Source: Octopus sinensis (lineage: Eukaryota). Taken from it: 64,000 nucleotides of DNA. Location: the NCBI RefSeq assembly GCF_006345805.1, contig NC_042997.1, positions 182,776,001 through 182,840,000 of the forward strand, given 5' to 3'. A program made the position numbers and the translations under genes. Positions 39,104-49,812 of the stretch are shown in pieces. How positions within the stretch are numbered: position 1 is the stretch's first letter; every line of letters starts with the position of its first letter. The notes beneath the pieces are model-generated. The model was not told where the DNA came from. It searched no databases and saw only the letters and a list, made by a program, of their open reading frames with translations.

Positions 39104-39687
39104 GGCGGCGAACTGGCAGAATCGTTAGCACGCCGGGCGAAATGCTTAGCGATATTTCATCTGCCGCTACGTTCTGAGTTCAAATTCCGCCGAGGTCGAC
39201 CTTGCCTTTCATCCTTTCGGGGTCGATTAAATAAGTACCAGTTACGCACTGGGGTCGATATAATCGACTTAATCCGTTTGTCTTCCTTGTTTGTCCCCTC
39301 TGTGAGCAGTAAAGAAATAGGTATTTCGTCTGCCGCTGCGTTCTGAATTCAAATTCCGCCGAGGTCGACTTTGCCTTTCATCCTTTCGGGGTCGATAAAT
39401 TAAGTACCAGTTACGCACTGGGGTCGATGTAATTGACTTAATCCCTTTGTCTGTCCTTGTTTGTCCCCTCTGTGTTTAACCCTTTGTGGGTAGTAAAGAA
39501 AGAGGTATTTCGTCCGTCTTTACGTTCTAAGTTCAAATTCCGCTAAGGTCGACTTTGCCTTTCATCCTTTCGGGGTCGATAAATTAAGTACAAGTTATGC
39601 ACTGGGGTCGATGTAATCGACTTAATCCCTTTGTCTGTCCTTGTTTTTCCCCTCTGTGTTTAGCCCCTTGTGGGCAATAAAGAAATA
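39104..39687 (+). mobile_element. SINE family B trimer with 17-bp TSD, inserted into an older family B SINE
   Basis: TSD agaatcgttaatacgcc at 39083-39099 and 39688-39704; host SINE resumes at 39705. Confidence 0.9.
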
Positions 39688-40646
39688 AGAATCGTTAATA
39701 CGCCGGACAAAATGCTTAGCGGCATTCCATCGTCTTTATATTTTAAGTTCAAATACCACCGAGGTCAACTTAACCTTTCGTCCTTTCGAGGTCTATGAAA
39801 TAAGTACCAGTTAAGCATTGGGGTCCCTTCCCCACCAAATTTCAGGCCTTATGTCTTTAGTAGAAGGGATTATTATTATCATCATCATCTTTATTCTGCC
39901 GTGATCGACTTTGCTTTTTATCCTTCCAAGTCGATGAAATAAGTACCAGTTGAGCACTGGAAATTATCACGAACTTTCTTCCGGCTCATTACGTTCTAAG
40001 TTCAAATCCCGCTGTCAAGTTTGCCCTTCCAAGGTCGATAAAAGAAAGTACCAATCCATTACAGGGGTCGACGTAATCTACTACCCTCCTCCCCTAAAAA
40101 AAATCCCAGGTCTTGGGCCCAAATTTGAAAACATTACTACTGCTACCACCACCGCCGCCGCCGCCACCACCACTAATCCCCACTACCACCACCACCACCA
40201 CCACCACCACCACTACTACTATTACTGCCGCCGCTGCCACCACCACCACCACCACTACTACTACTACTACTACAAGGGGGAAATGGCAAACGTAGGAATA
40301 GCATTTATTACAATATACTAGCTAAAGAGAACAGTTCAAACACAGCATCAAAGTTTTGAATCTTGTCAGTGATATAATTAAGAGAGGGAGAGAGAGAGGG
40401 TGGAGACAGACAGACAGAGACTGTATTTACATTACTGGCAAGTATCTCAATATACAGTGGTGCCTTAACTTACGAATTTAATTCGTTCCGTAACGGAGCT
40501 CGTAACTCAAATTACTCGTATGTCAAATCAATTTTCCCTATTGAAATGGAACTGAAATGTTATTAATCTGTTCCGGTCCCACAAAAAAAAAACACCACAG
40601 TTTTTTTGGTTTTCTTTTTGTTACATATTTTTAGATAAGCAAAATG

Positions 40647-41063
40647 GGATCTTTTCGGTTTGAACGGCAGTTTTTTTTTAATAATTTCCACGTAACTAAA
40701 CACTTTTAAACTTCGTATACTGGTAGAATGTGTTTATAAAACATCTTTTTCTCTTGGTTTTATTGAGAAAATTCTATGGTTTGTAAGATATTTGTTGTTG
40801 TTTTTCTTTAATTTCTGCAATTTGAACCAATGAATGACATCTATTGAGATGAAAACATTCTGTGCTGTATGAATATGTCCCTCGTTTAAGAAACAGATTG
40901 GGTTTATTTACATTTCTGAAGAAAAAAAATACCCTTACCCCCACTCCTAACCCTAACGCTAAAACAGATTGAAATGCAATAGATCAATACTAGGGTCATA
41001 ATTATGGGTGACAATTTCATATGACACCGCTAGAAAAAACTGCCGTTCAAACCGAAAAGATCC
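40647..41063. mobile_element. Merlin-like MITE
   Basis: TIR GGATCTTTTCGGTTTGAACGGCAGTTTTTT; perfect 8-bp TSD gcaaaatg. Confidence 0.85.
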
Positions 41064-41305
41064 GCAAAATGTACTTATAAATAACGAATACAGTATTTAA
41101 ACAAATACAATAGAATGTACTGCAATAAACTGGTTTTATTAAGTATAATGTACAACATTTACCTTGGAGATCAGACGGTTTGAGGATGCTGACGGAGGTG
41201 AAGGAGAAAGGCTGAACTGAATAACTGAATCTTATTCGTTGATTTTTTGCTCTTTTCGCCACGTTTTCCTCACTTTCACCTGCAAGAGTTTTCGATAAAA
41301 ATCTG

Positions 41306-41735
41306 GTCAATCTTTCGTCTCTAGTAGACCTTTCCGTCGATTTCCGTAAAAAAAACTTCTTTTTTTTTTACATATGGGCTTGCGGGAACTTTTGAAGTAA
41401 TGAGAGCGAAAGAGACTAAGAGAAAGCGATTGTATGACGAGGGAAGTTCTTTTGAAGTTACCGTGCATGGCAAGCATTGATGTACATGTGTGTGTGTGTG
41501 TGTGTTTGATTGGGTGTGGGAGACAGACAGTATGTTGTGTAAGTGAAGTGCTTCTGTTAGTGTGTGTGAAGAGACAGAGTAATATGTGAAAGAAAGAGAT
41601 AACTGAAATTTTTTACTCGGTGTATGTGTATATGTATGTATATTACTTCAAAAGTTCCCGCAAGCCCATATGTAAAAAAAAAAAAATTTTTTTACGGAAA
41701 TCGACGGAAAGGTCTACTAGAGACGAAAGATCGCC
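41306..41735. mobile_element. MITE with about 95-bp TIRs, Merlin-like
   Basis: Arms 41306-41401 / 41641-41735; 8-bp TSD aaaatctg. Confidence 0.85.
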
Positions 41736-41749
41736 AAAATCTGTCCAAT

Positions 41750-43370
41750 GAGGTCTATTTCATCTTCCCTTTCGGAATGTTTCTGAAATGAGTTAGGCAA
41801 GTGTCATTAAATAGTGCCGTCACACGCCAGTTGCAACTTTTTCTGGGTGTTTCTTTCTTTTTTTTTTTTTTAATAAAGTCTGAAAGTTTCTCTCACATTC
41901 CCATCATTTCCGTTATCGCACTTGTAGAGATAACCTCCTCCGCCTCCTCCGTGTTACTCATTTCCTGCAAAACCTCCACGTGCTGCTGCATCTGTAGCTC
42001 CTTTAGCTCCTCCGTTGTCAGTTCCTCGGAGTGCTCCTCGATTGATGTCACCTTCATTCATGTCCAGGCTCATGGACTTGCCAAGGGATACAATCTCCTC
42101 CACCACTACCACTTCGGGTTCGAGTTTTTCAAAGTTCGTTTCAGACACAACCTCAGGCCACAGCGTCTTCCACACAGAGGTAAAGGTCCTCTTTGTAACA
42201 CCCTGCCAGGCCATATCGATAATTCTGAGGCATATCACGATGTTATAGTGGTCCTTCCAGAACTGTCGAAGGGTGAGATTTGTACTCTCCGTCGTCTCAA
42301 AGTCGCGACGGAACAGGTGCTTGGTGAAGAGCTTCTGGAAATTAGAAATCACCTGCAGGTCCATGGACTGCAGGATAAGGGTGGTGTTAGGTGGAAGGTG
42401 GAGAACCTTTATAAACTTGAACTCTTCGAGGATGTCATCTTCGAGGTTAGATGGGTGAGCAGGTGCATTGTCCAGGACGAGAAGGGCTTGCAGGGGTAGG
42501 TTATTTTCCTGGAGATATTTCTTAACGCCAGGACCAAAGACCAAATTTACCCACTCCACAAGGAACTGCTTGGTGACCCATGCCTTCAGGTTTGCCCTCC
42601 ACATAACCTGCAGTTTTCCTTTCAGAATCTTATGTGACTTAAAGACTCTGGAGTTTACCGAATGATAAATGAGTAGCGGCTTAATCTTGCAGTCGCCACT
42701 CGCATTGACACACAGTGCAAGGGTTAGCTTAACCTTCATGGGTTTGTGGCCAGGCATCCTTTTCTTCTCTACAGTTATATTCCTTGGCATCTTCTTCCAA
42801 AAAGTCCTACCTCGTCACAGTTGAAGACTTGCTGGGGGATGTATCCTTCAGCTGCTATAATTCCGGCAAAAATTTCGAGGTAATCCTCAGCTGACTTTAT
42901 ATCCCTGCTCGCTGCCTCATCATGCCTGACGAGGGAATGGATGCCGGTCCTCTTTTTAAAATTCTTTAAACGGCTCACCCGATGCCTCGTCCATACAAGT
43001 GCCTGGGGTCTGCTGCAGCAAATCAGTGTAAATAGCTCGTGCCTTCTCGCAGATTATAGCCTCCGTCACGGTATCTCCTGCGAACTGCTTCTCCGTCAAC
43101 AACACCATCGGCATCTTCTCCATATTCTTATGGATAGATGTCTGGTGTTTAGAAATTATTTTAACGCCCTTGGCTGGCGTTATAGCCTTTATCGACTCCT
43201 TCTGCATCAGTATGGTGCAGATCGTAGAAGTGTTACGTTCCTACTGCTTCGCCAAGTCGACTACATGCACCACCTTCGTCGTGTTTTTCGATAATTTCTT
43301 TCTTTAATTCAATGCACATCATCCGCTTCTTCTCAGCACTGTCCTTCACACTCACTTTCTTCGGACCCAT
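41750..43370 (-). pseudogene. Tigger transposase, frameshifted
   Basis: ORFs 43233-43421, 42956-43207, 42775-42978 and 41954-42790 form one transposase. Confidence 0.9.
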
Positions 43371-44442
43371 GGTTGGAAAAACGAAGTTTTGCGAAATAAC
43401 TGCAAGCACAGTTGCGAGCACAACACTGATGCTTCTAGCCTGGATCGACTAAGTAAGCATTTTACCACCCGTTCTAGCCAACGATCCACTAATGATCTTC
43501 GCACTTGTTAACACGCATGTCTGACTCGCTATCGATCTACTAATGATCTTCGTACTTGCTAACGTGCATGTCAGTCTAGCTATCGAGTGAGACACGAGTT
43601 GCTGTGCGAATGTTACGGCGTTCACTGTGGCGTTCGCTAAGCCAACTAGCAGTGGGGTATCAGAAGCTGGCCCGTAACCCGAATTTTAGCTCGTAACTCA
43701 AAGCAAAAAAATCGGCCGAGAGACGGCTCGAATCTCGAAAAAACTCGTTAGTTGGGACACTCGTAAGTCAAGGTACCACTGTATTTTTTGTTATAAACAC
43801 TGATGGATGGATGGATGGACGAACGGACGGACGAGAGAAAGTCCGAAGAGTGCCGTTGATTTGTAGATGTAAAAATATTTTTTCTACGTACATTAAGGAA
43901 TATGAACAAAAGAACGGATGCTGAAAACATTATTGTAACCAAAACATATTCTCCCTACTTTAGGATCTGCAATTTAAAAAAAAAAATCTTTTTAACAATA
44001 TCATTTGCACAATATTGTTTTCTACAGATAAAATCACCAAATAATCTAATGTCTTATGTCTTAGATGACTACAAGTATGTCTTTGTAAGTTTTTGCTTAC
44101 TAACGCTTTTCACCTCTGAGCCATAGTTATAGGTATCGTAAGCATTATTCTTAATGGGTTTGGAAAACTTTAATAATCTGACGGTTTCTGTTGAAAGTTT
44201 TACATATCCAGGAAATAATTCTTTTATAATAACTAGTTCAGATAGGAAACATATAATTTTATATCACTATTTTCTTGATATCTCAACTTATTCTCCATGC
44301 TTTTCTTGCCATGCAAATAATAATTTCAGTTTACGTCATTTTGTAAATCTTTTCTATTATATTTAAAAAACCCTTCTGTTGGTGAATCCTTACAACATTT
44401 CAAATCTTTCTGATGAAATATCATTGTCTCGAGTATTACATT

Positions 44443-45161
44443 TGTAGTGGCTTTATGCAGGCATGGCGTGGATTTGATCCTCGATCGCCAAATTTCACTT
44501 AGCAGTTCAACAGCACTTTTCTCACAGTAAAACAATAGTTTTTTTTTGTGAGTGACAGCAGTTACATTTACCAGATGCCTTCACTAAGCAGAATAAAGTC
44601 TTTGCCACTTGACCCTTCTAACCTCTTCTATTCACCAAAAGTTAGAATTGAGATAACAGGTACTACCAACGAAATCTTTTGTTCTCAACAATACGTCTCT
44701 CCTTCTAACTAGTTTTGGATAGTTATAAATACTAGAATTTGCTAGAACAACATCAGTTAGTGAGAACCGAGTCTGGCTGATCAGCTGAACAAAACGCCGT
44801 CTCTGAAGGAAAAGGCACAAAGGGACAACTTAGGAAACTCACCAACGAAGCAGTTGTTTCGTCCCACTACTCTCATTTTCACTAACTCACTTTTTTTTCT
44901 CTGTAACATTACCATATATCTCTGTATATACTACTATGAGATCGTGTACACACATATACAGGCCGAGATTGACTTTCTTTACCTTGCATGTTTTACCAAC
45001 TGTGTTATACTATTACACTAGCCCACCTGTCGTGGTAAGGCATATATTAAGGTACCAGTAAATAAACATTTCTTTACAGCTTCAATCACTGTTCTTCGTT
45101 CATCTTTCACAATTTACAACATGCCGTTACAATAACAACAACGAACACTATAACCGTTACA
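44443..45161 (+). mobile_element. Solo LTR (Gypsy-type)
   Basis: TGTAG...TTACA termini, 4-bp TSD catt/catt, AATAAA near 45060. Confidence 0.8.
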
Positions 45162-46296
45162 CATTGAACACATGATTTCTTCTAAGCTTCTTTCTGGGTT
45201 AAGTATTTGAAACTTCGTCAATACACTCTTATTTAAACTGTCGTTTTTGTCCGGTGTACTTTTGAACTTCTAAATTCTTTTGCTGGAGTTAGTTATTTTC
45301 TATATCCATTTATATGATAATTAATTACGCAGATAATGACACTATTCATTAATAAAATTGGGGTAGGCAATTCCACTGTGTAGTTTTGTTGACAATATTT
45401 ACATTCCACTCCCACGTTCACCGAATCAACATATTAAAGTGAGCTTGATTCCCCTCAAGCACATTTCAGCACGTGGCGTCCCCTGTGACTGTGCCCGTCA
45501 CCCATAATCTGGCTCCGACATGTTTTGTCTTAATGGGCTAAAATATCTTCAATGATGTCTGAAGTAAAACTAAATGGATATTTCTGTTTCTAGACTTGCA
45601 GACCTCTTAATTAACGGCCCATAGTTTCCATCTATTCTCCCTATATCTATAAATAACAGTTGACTTCTGCAAGATAAAAGACCTTCATTTTGAGATTTCT
45701 CGATAACAGTTTCAGGCACGTACGTATGCATGCATGTATGTATGTATGTATGTATGTATGTATGTATGTATGTATGTATGTATGTATGTGTGTGTATGTA
45801 TGTATGTGTGTGTGTATGTATGTATGTATGTATGTATGTATGTATGTGTGTGTGTATGTATGTATGTATGTATGTATGTATGTATGTATGTATGTATGTA
45901 TTCGTTGTCCATCAATCTTTAGCATTATCAAATACTGTTTTATTTCATATTATATGGTTCAGTAACAACGTATTTCATGGACAAATATCTTGAGGATATG
46001 CTCTCGAAATGTGCTTTTATGCGGCTAAATTTTTCTCTTTTTTTTTTTTTTACTTGATATCCGTGCACAGTGGCTGATTTGCTTCTACTTAATATTATTT
46101 GTGTAGAGATTTTTCCAATGTCGGAGAGAGGCTTGTATCAGCTTTATTCAACGTCGCTTTCGATTATTCATCTTTTAGATCAATTCTCTTTGTAACGTTC
46201 ATACTTCAACGAATAAGAAGGTTCCAGTTGCTACAGCATGCATTCAATCTAAAAAAGGAAAAAAAACACTGGATTTATATACATGATTCTCGACAT

Positions 46297-46842
46297 GGAT
46301 CTTTACCTTTTGACCTATAGATTTAAAAAATAATTTTTTGTAACTAAACACTTTCAAACTTCGGACACATCTTTTACTCTTAGCATTTTTGAGAAAATAT
46401 AAGTTTTTCTCAAAAATGCTTAGAGTAAAAGATGTTTTATATGACACATTGGATCTTTTCGCTTTGACCGGCAGATGTTTAAAATAATTTCTTTGTAACT
46501 GATATGGCACCGCCAGAAAATGTTGTTGACAAAGAACCGGAGAAATTGTATCCACCTCAATAGACGTCATTGATTGGTTGAAATTGCCGAAATGCAAGAA
46601 ATTAAACAACAAATAGCTTACAAACTACAAAATTTTCTCAAGAAAGCCAAGAGAAAAAGATGTTTATGTAACACATTCTACCAGTATACGGAGTTTAAAA
46701 GTGTTTAGTTACAAAGAAATTATTTAAAAAATCTACCGGTCAAAGCGAAAAGATCCGACACATTCTACCAGTGTCCGAAGTTTGAAAGTGTTTAGTTACA
46801 AAAAATGATTTTTTAAATCTGTAGGTCAAAAGATAAAGATCC
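46297..46842. mobile_element. Merlin-like MITE (outer)
   Basis: TIR GGATCTTTA..TTTTGACCTA..GATTTAAAAAAT; TSD ctcgacat/cttgacat. Confidence 0.85.
46451..46756. mobile_element. Merlin-like MITE (inner, nested in a relative)
   Basis: TIR GGATCTTTTCGCTTTGACCGG; perfect TSD gacacatt. Confidence 0.88.
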
Positions 46843-47079
46843 CTTGACATGGGTCAGCCTATAAGAAGTGATGTTATTAATCTTATTAATCTTAACCACC
46901 TTCCAACTACAATCAACCACTAAAAAAAATACACACACACTATTTGTTTCCTTTGAATCTCATTTATAATTTACGACTTGCATTTTCTCATAATATAGTT
47001 AACTTATAAATACAAACCGTTCTGCTTTACCGTCCGTCACCGGACGATCGGAAACACGACAATCTGAGCAGCAATTCAT

Positions 47080-47365
47080 GGAGGTGCAATAACCCAGTGG
47101 TTAGGGCAGCGGACTCACGGTCGGAGGATCGCGGTTTCGATTCCCAGACCGGGTGTTGTGTGTGTTTATTGAGCGAAAACACCTAAAGCTCCACGAGGCT
47201 CCGGCAGGGGGTGGTAGCGACCCCTGTTGTACTCTTCCGCCCCAACTTTCTCTCACTCTTTCTTCCTGTTTCTTGTCCACGACTTCCTACGCAACCGCTG
47301 AGCCTGGATGCGCATTCATCCATCCGTCGATGACCTGCTTTCTTTTCTGCGGGTCTTACGAATAG
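47080..47365 (+). mobile_element. tRNA-derived SINE (family C)
   Basis: A-box-like AACCCAGTGGTTAGGGC, B box GGTTTCGATTCCC. Confidence 0.6.
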
Positions 47366-47784
47366 CAAAGGACCACGTTTCGGACTTCTTGCGAGCTCTG
47401 GGACGAAGACCGTTCGCTCAACAGCAACAGCAGCAACTCATGAAACTTCAGCACTGAATCAATAATAATCAACCATATTGAGTAGTTTTTGCTTAATAGC
47501 ATACACCATCGCTTTTTCCCTTCTTTTAGTCTTTCTTTAATCTTTCTCTCCCCTTTCACACACACTCTCTCGCCCTCTTTCACTTATTCTTTCACACACA
47601 TATAAAAACACTTTTTTACTCATCACTCACTTTATATGTGTGTACGTCTGTCTGTCTATGTATATATGTATGTATGTATGCATGCATGCATGTATGTATG
47701 CATGCATGTATGTATGCATGCATGTATGTATGTATAAATAATATTTATGCATATATACATATATGTACATACATACACACACAT

Positions 47785-48360
47785 ATAGTGTGGGTATCAG
47801 TTAGAGGGATTTAATATCTCTAAGGGATAATTAAATCCAAAGTCGCTCCTGGTTATTACCTGGGTAGGTACAGTCTTTTGTAAGGTGGTACGGTAGCAGG
47901 TGGTTCGGTTGGTAAACCGTAGTTTAGGTTATATAAGAGTTACCCCCCTTCACCTACACCGCCGAAAATTGAATACACACGTGCGAAAAAAAAATGTGCT
48001 TAATCAAACTAGGAATCCCACACCTAAATAATACTCACCCCGCCCTAATTACCCAACGAAACTAACTAGTCTACCACAATCAAACCGCTAACCAGCGAAT
48101 TTACCAACGCAAGAACAAAATTTGATATAAGACTTACTACCTTCGTTTATATTATCATCACATATGTTTCAATTATTTTAGCATCCGAACCGATGCATCT
48201 ATATATATATTCACATTCTGAAGAGATTTACTTAAACCAGTAAATCGAAACGATCGTAAATGCTACCTTCATCTCTGCTTCCTCCTTCTTTGTTATCTAA
48301 TTAAATTAAAGGCATACCAGCGAAAATCACGAGTTTCCCCTTGTTATTACATCCATTTTC
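47785..48360 (+). mobile_element. Non-coding ribozyme-bearing element between microsatellite tracts
   Basis: Bounded by TA-rich microsatellites; contains the hammerhead at 48214-48262. Confidence 0.55.
48214..48262 (+). ncRNA. Type I minimal hammerhead ribozyme
   Basis: CAUU-CUGAAGA-GAUUUACU-uaaacc-AGUAAAUC-GAAAC-GAUC-GUA-AAUG; predicted cleavage after 48258. Confidence 0.85.
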
Positions 48361-48374
48361 TTATATATATACAT

Positions 48375-48466
<92 letters not shown>

Positions 48467-48507
48467 CATACATACATGTATATATGCATATATGGATACA
48501 GGACGTC

Positions 48508-48777
48508 ACAAAACGTAAACATGAAATACGAAGAAAAATTTGTGTATGCAAACAACGAGAGAAACAAATGGAAAACAAGATAAGTAACATAAAGAACGAC
48601 CCTTCATCAGTTGTCGGTTGTCTATCTACTCTTCATTTCGAGCATGAGAATGAGGAGTAGATAGACAGCCGATAACTGATGAAGGGTCGTTCTTTATGTT
48701 ACTCCTGTTTTCCATTTGTTTCTCCAGTTGTTTGCATACACAAATTTTTCTTCGTATTTCATGTTGTTTACGTTTGT
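48508..48777. repeat. Long fold-back inverted repeat (about 130-bp arms, short loop)
   Basis: 48508-48637 pairs with 48649-48777; contains CTGATGA. Confidence 0.9.
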
Positions 48778-48816
48778 ACCTATATATGCATATATATACA
48801 TAAATATGTATGTACA

Positions 48817-48889
<73 letters not shown>

Positions 48890-49812
48890 TTTTATTGCAT
48901 GACTGAAAAGGACACATCCATTTCCAAGTCAGTTTATGTATGTGTATGTGCATGCGTGCATGCGTGTGTGTGCGCGCGCATATATATATATATATATATA
49001 ATATATATATATAAATCAAAATAAGCAAGAGGATATCAAGTAGTAATGCAGTAAGACCGTGTCAAGCGGCTCTATTTAATTGAACAATGCAATCATTACA
49101 TCAATTTAAATGCAATGCCATCTTCAGCTGCTCCAATAAATAAATGGAACTATAACAAGTAGGACACATTAATATAGTTTTTCTTAGATATTTTAACAAA
49201 ACAAGAATATGGAAGAAATTTCTGTTGTTGCTATTGTAGCTAAGAATAGACTGCAACTTCTATGATCCATATATTAAGGTGTCCTACTTGTTGTAATTCC
49301 ATTTATTTATTGGAGCAGCTGAAGATGGCACTGCATTTAAATTGATGTAATGATTGCATTGTTCAATGAAATGGAGCCACTTCAAACGGTTGTATTGCAT
49401 TACCACTTGATACCCTGTTGTTTATTTTGATTTTATTCACCTTACTTCGAGCTGCATATTTTATTCACCTTACTTCGAGCTTCCATATTTAACTGTGGTT
49501 TATATTTGTTAATGAACACTTTTTTTATTTATTTATTTATTCTTTGTTGTTGGGTGAAAAAGTTTGAGCACTTGTAAGGAGTAAGATTTTGATGTTGCAC
49601 AAACTGCAATGTGACAATTTAAAGGAATTTTGCTTGTATTTTCGTTTCGGGTCTGTTGGCGATGAATCGTCATTCTTTTACGTAATGACACGCCAGTCTG
49701 TCCTATGCAATTTAGCTAGCATCCATCGCATGTAATTACGTTGATTAAATTTTCTGAGTTGCAGGTGAAGTTGACTATTACTTTGAAGGTTTGGCCATTT
49801 ACAAATAGGAAT

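Larger units (their letters stand above)
40455..43781 (-). mobile_element. Tigger/pogo DNA transposon, full extent, with two nested MITEs
   Basis: TIRs CAGTGGTGCCTTAACTTACGA / TCGTAAGTCAAGGTACCACTG with TA TSD; CENP-B HTH and DDE_1 motifs (VFNCDE.GLF, LLVLDNAPAHP, LPPNTT.ILQSMD). Confidence 0.93.

Noticed and set aside
40930-40965. Interstitial telomere
   Set aside because: Only two or three degenerate CCCTAA units, inside a MITE
47080-47155. tRNA gene
   Set aside because: A/B boxes are present but there is no clean cloverleaf and it continues into a SINE body; the same applies to 1622, 17026 and 26728
49319-49385. Functional hammerhead in the Penelope inverted end
   Set aside because: CUGAAGA is present but there is no correctly placed stem II-GAAAC-NUH; decayed
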